This document shows positions 62,070-64,000 of a stretch of DNA of 64,000 nucleotides, in pieces; the stretch's first letter is position 1; each line of letters starts with the position of its first letter. A program made the position numbers and the translations under genes. Source of the stretch: Felis catus. Taxonomy: Eukaryota. The stretch covers positions 21,702,001-21,766,000 of the forward strand of contig NC_058369.1 in NCBI RefSeq assembly GCF_018350175.1. The letters run 5' to 3'. The notes beneath the pieces were generated by a model, which made no database searches, was not told where the DNA came from, and worked only from the letters and a program-made list of their open reading frames with translations.

Positions 62070-62146
62070 ACTCCTCTCACTACATCTTTGAGCACCTTTG
62101 CCAGAATCTCGGGAATGTGTAGAACCCTTTGCACACTTTACCCTTA

Positions 62147-62322
62147 CTAGGCCTTGGCGACGAGGTCCCTCACAGCTTGTGCAATGGCATCCCTGTCGAT
62201 GCCAAACATCTTCAGCAGCTCAGCTGGCTTCCCACTTCTTGGTACCTCGCCAACGGCGAGGCGGGAGACAGTGATGCCAGGCTCACCCACTAAGGCGGAG
62301 GACACTGCCTCACCTATGCCAC
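62147..62322 (-). CDS. TKT: Transketolase last exon coding part ([57 protein letters not shown])
   Basis: Minus-strand acceptor tttacccag|, translation matches the TKT C-terminus, TAG stop followed directly by TAA. Confidence 0.95.
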
Positions 62323-63041
62323 CTGGGTAAAGGAAAGGAGGCGAGTCAGGTGACGTGGGCCTCAGGGTGAGCAGTGGGCACCTCCTCCCCGGCCCTCTGC
62401 TAACCTGAGTTTATTCCTTTACCCAAGGATGACAGAGACCGCACACATACACCCTCCCCCAGGCCTGCGGCCAGAGCAGACATCACCAATCACTCACGAT
62501 ACTTCTGTTTTATCATAGGCCCAAATGCAGCCTCTGTATCATTTTTAACACCATCCTCTGGGCAGCAGTTATAAACGAATGAGCATCTGGACTTGATCCC
62601 AGAGACTAGGCCCATCTCTTCCCCTGGAGTGGAGCCTGTCCTGGAGGACACATGGAGTGTGCTAGTGAGGGGCTGCTGTGCACAGGACCGTACGAGACAG
62701 AGATTCTGTGTTGCTTTCCCAGTGTGATCCCGTACAACAGCCTTAACGCCCAACTATGTCAGGGACACAGGCCACCTTTTCTACTCTTAGAGGCAAGGTC
62801 AAGATCCTCACGGGCTCCCTGGGTGGCAGGGGCTCCAAGGAGCCATGCCAGCAGCTGCGTTTGCTGGGTCCCTGGCCAAGCCTGGGGCCCGTTAAGAGGC
62901 CAAGTGCTAGCTGCTCCGTAGGACGGCTCTGGGTCTCCTGGGGCGGGGGACGGAGAGACGTCCAGCCCTCTGACTGTGGTCCTGTGGCCCTGGCCCTCCC
63001 CTGACCCGTCTGCCCCTGCCTCTCTAGCTCAGGCTCGTCAC

Positions 63042-63164
63042 CTTCGTAGTAATGGTCCTCCACGGTGAGGATCCTCCCCTTGGTAGCTCGGGCGCTGCTG
63101 AGAATGAGATTCCTGTCCAGGGGCTTGATGGTGAAGGGGTCCAACACACGAATGTTGATCTTCT
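63042..63164 (-). CDS. TKT: Transketolase penultimate exon ([40 protein letters not shown])
   Basis: 123 nt, acceptor cctcacag| and donor G|GTGACG; phase joins the last exon. The rest of the gene lies beyond the window end. Confidence 0.95.
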
Positions 63165-64000
63165 CTGTGAGGGGAGAAAACACAAGGGCGCGGTTTGAGC
63201 AGAATGTGCTGGATGCTGTGGGTGTGTCCTCTGATAGGTGGGGGCAGGCGGAGGTGTCTGAAGAGTTGCTGCACAGTTACAGGCCTGCATCCTCCGTCCC
63301 TCTGTTCCCTCCACCTGGCTAGTGTTTGCCAACCCTCAGTGGCTTGCCCTCTATCTCTGCTGATCTGTGATGCCCACATCCTCTGGGCCCATCCCGCACC
63401 CCCTGGTTTAGGAGCATCTGGTCTTGGGGAACAGAAGCGCCCCTCTCTCTTCCCTCATATCCTGGGTCAGGAGATCCCAGCCTTTGCACCACCAAAGAGT
63501 GCGGAGTGGCACGGCAGGGACCTGCACAGTTTTGCTTCATCCTCCCAGGTACCTTCGAAGATACAGGGAAAGCCAGAGGACAGCTCCAGGTGTCTGACGC
63601 GAGACAGGGCCGGAGCTCACGGGGTGCGGTGGCTGCAGGCCCAGGTGCCAGGTCAGGCGGGGACCCGGCAGAATGGCCTCAGAAGGACAAGTCTGTCCCG
63701 TGCCTGCTTCAAGTCTTCCCCCTGGGTCTCCATCCCTGACAGGGCTGGGCTGCCCCTGGCTTCTCTCCAGCAACTTGGAGCTCTGTACACACTGTTCCTT
63801 CTGCCTGGGCCTCTCTGCTTATCAGTTCCTACCCACATCTGAGGTCATTTTCCTAAGGACACCCACATCTGCCTTCTCCTTCCTGCTCAGCACGGCTACG
63901 ATGAGGCGTCTGTTGCGATTCTGTGGTGTGGGTGGGGGCTAATTCCCCTACTGTATCAGTAGCTAACATCTGTGAGGCTGCAGTGATAACAATGCTAGGT

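Noticed and set aside
60587..63842. 201-aa (minus) and 215-aa (plus) ORFs near the TKT 3' end
   Set aside because: No recognisable domain or exon structure; they overlap MIR-like or TKT intronic sequence.

Overview
Mammalian genomic DNA, almost certainly a felid: it carries ~19 carnivore CAN-SINEs, including young SINEC_Fc-type copies, and an L1_Fc-like 3' end. The window holds the complete protein kinase C delta gene (PRKCD, + strand). It has a CpG-island promoter and non-coding exon 1 (~12.1-12.34 kb), non-coding exon 2 (15842-15955), and 17 coding exons (ATG 28296 to TGA 41633) that splice into a 2019-nt, 672-aa ORF; the poly(A) signal is at 42181. The last two exons and short 3' UTR of transketolase (TKT, - strand, 62.05-63.16 kb) converge on it across a ~20 kb repeat-rich interval. 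I found no credible new protein-coding gene or prokaryote-style system. Most notable: (1) this PKC-delta hinge has lost the caspase-3 DxxD site (IVPD instead of human DMQD) and Ser299, and a stop codon blocks the caspase-resistant deltaII/deltaVIII-type extension; (2) Arg at position 9 of C1A and a weakened NLS; (3) divergent strong CTCF motifs between PRKCD and TKT, one of them tandemly duplicated; (4) a compact TATA/CRE/GC-box promoter facing away from PRKCD at ~7.2 kb; (5) overlapping miR-26/miR-181 8-mer sites in the 3' UTR; (6) a tandem-duplicated TG array with a candidate 9-nt cryptic microexon in intron 10. Orthologue comparisons and repeat family names are from memory and need alignment or RepeatMasker confirmation.
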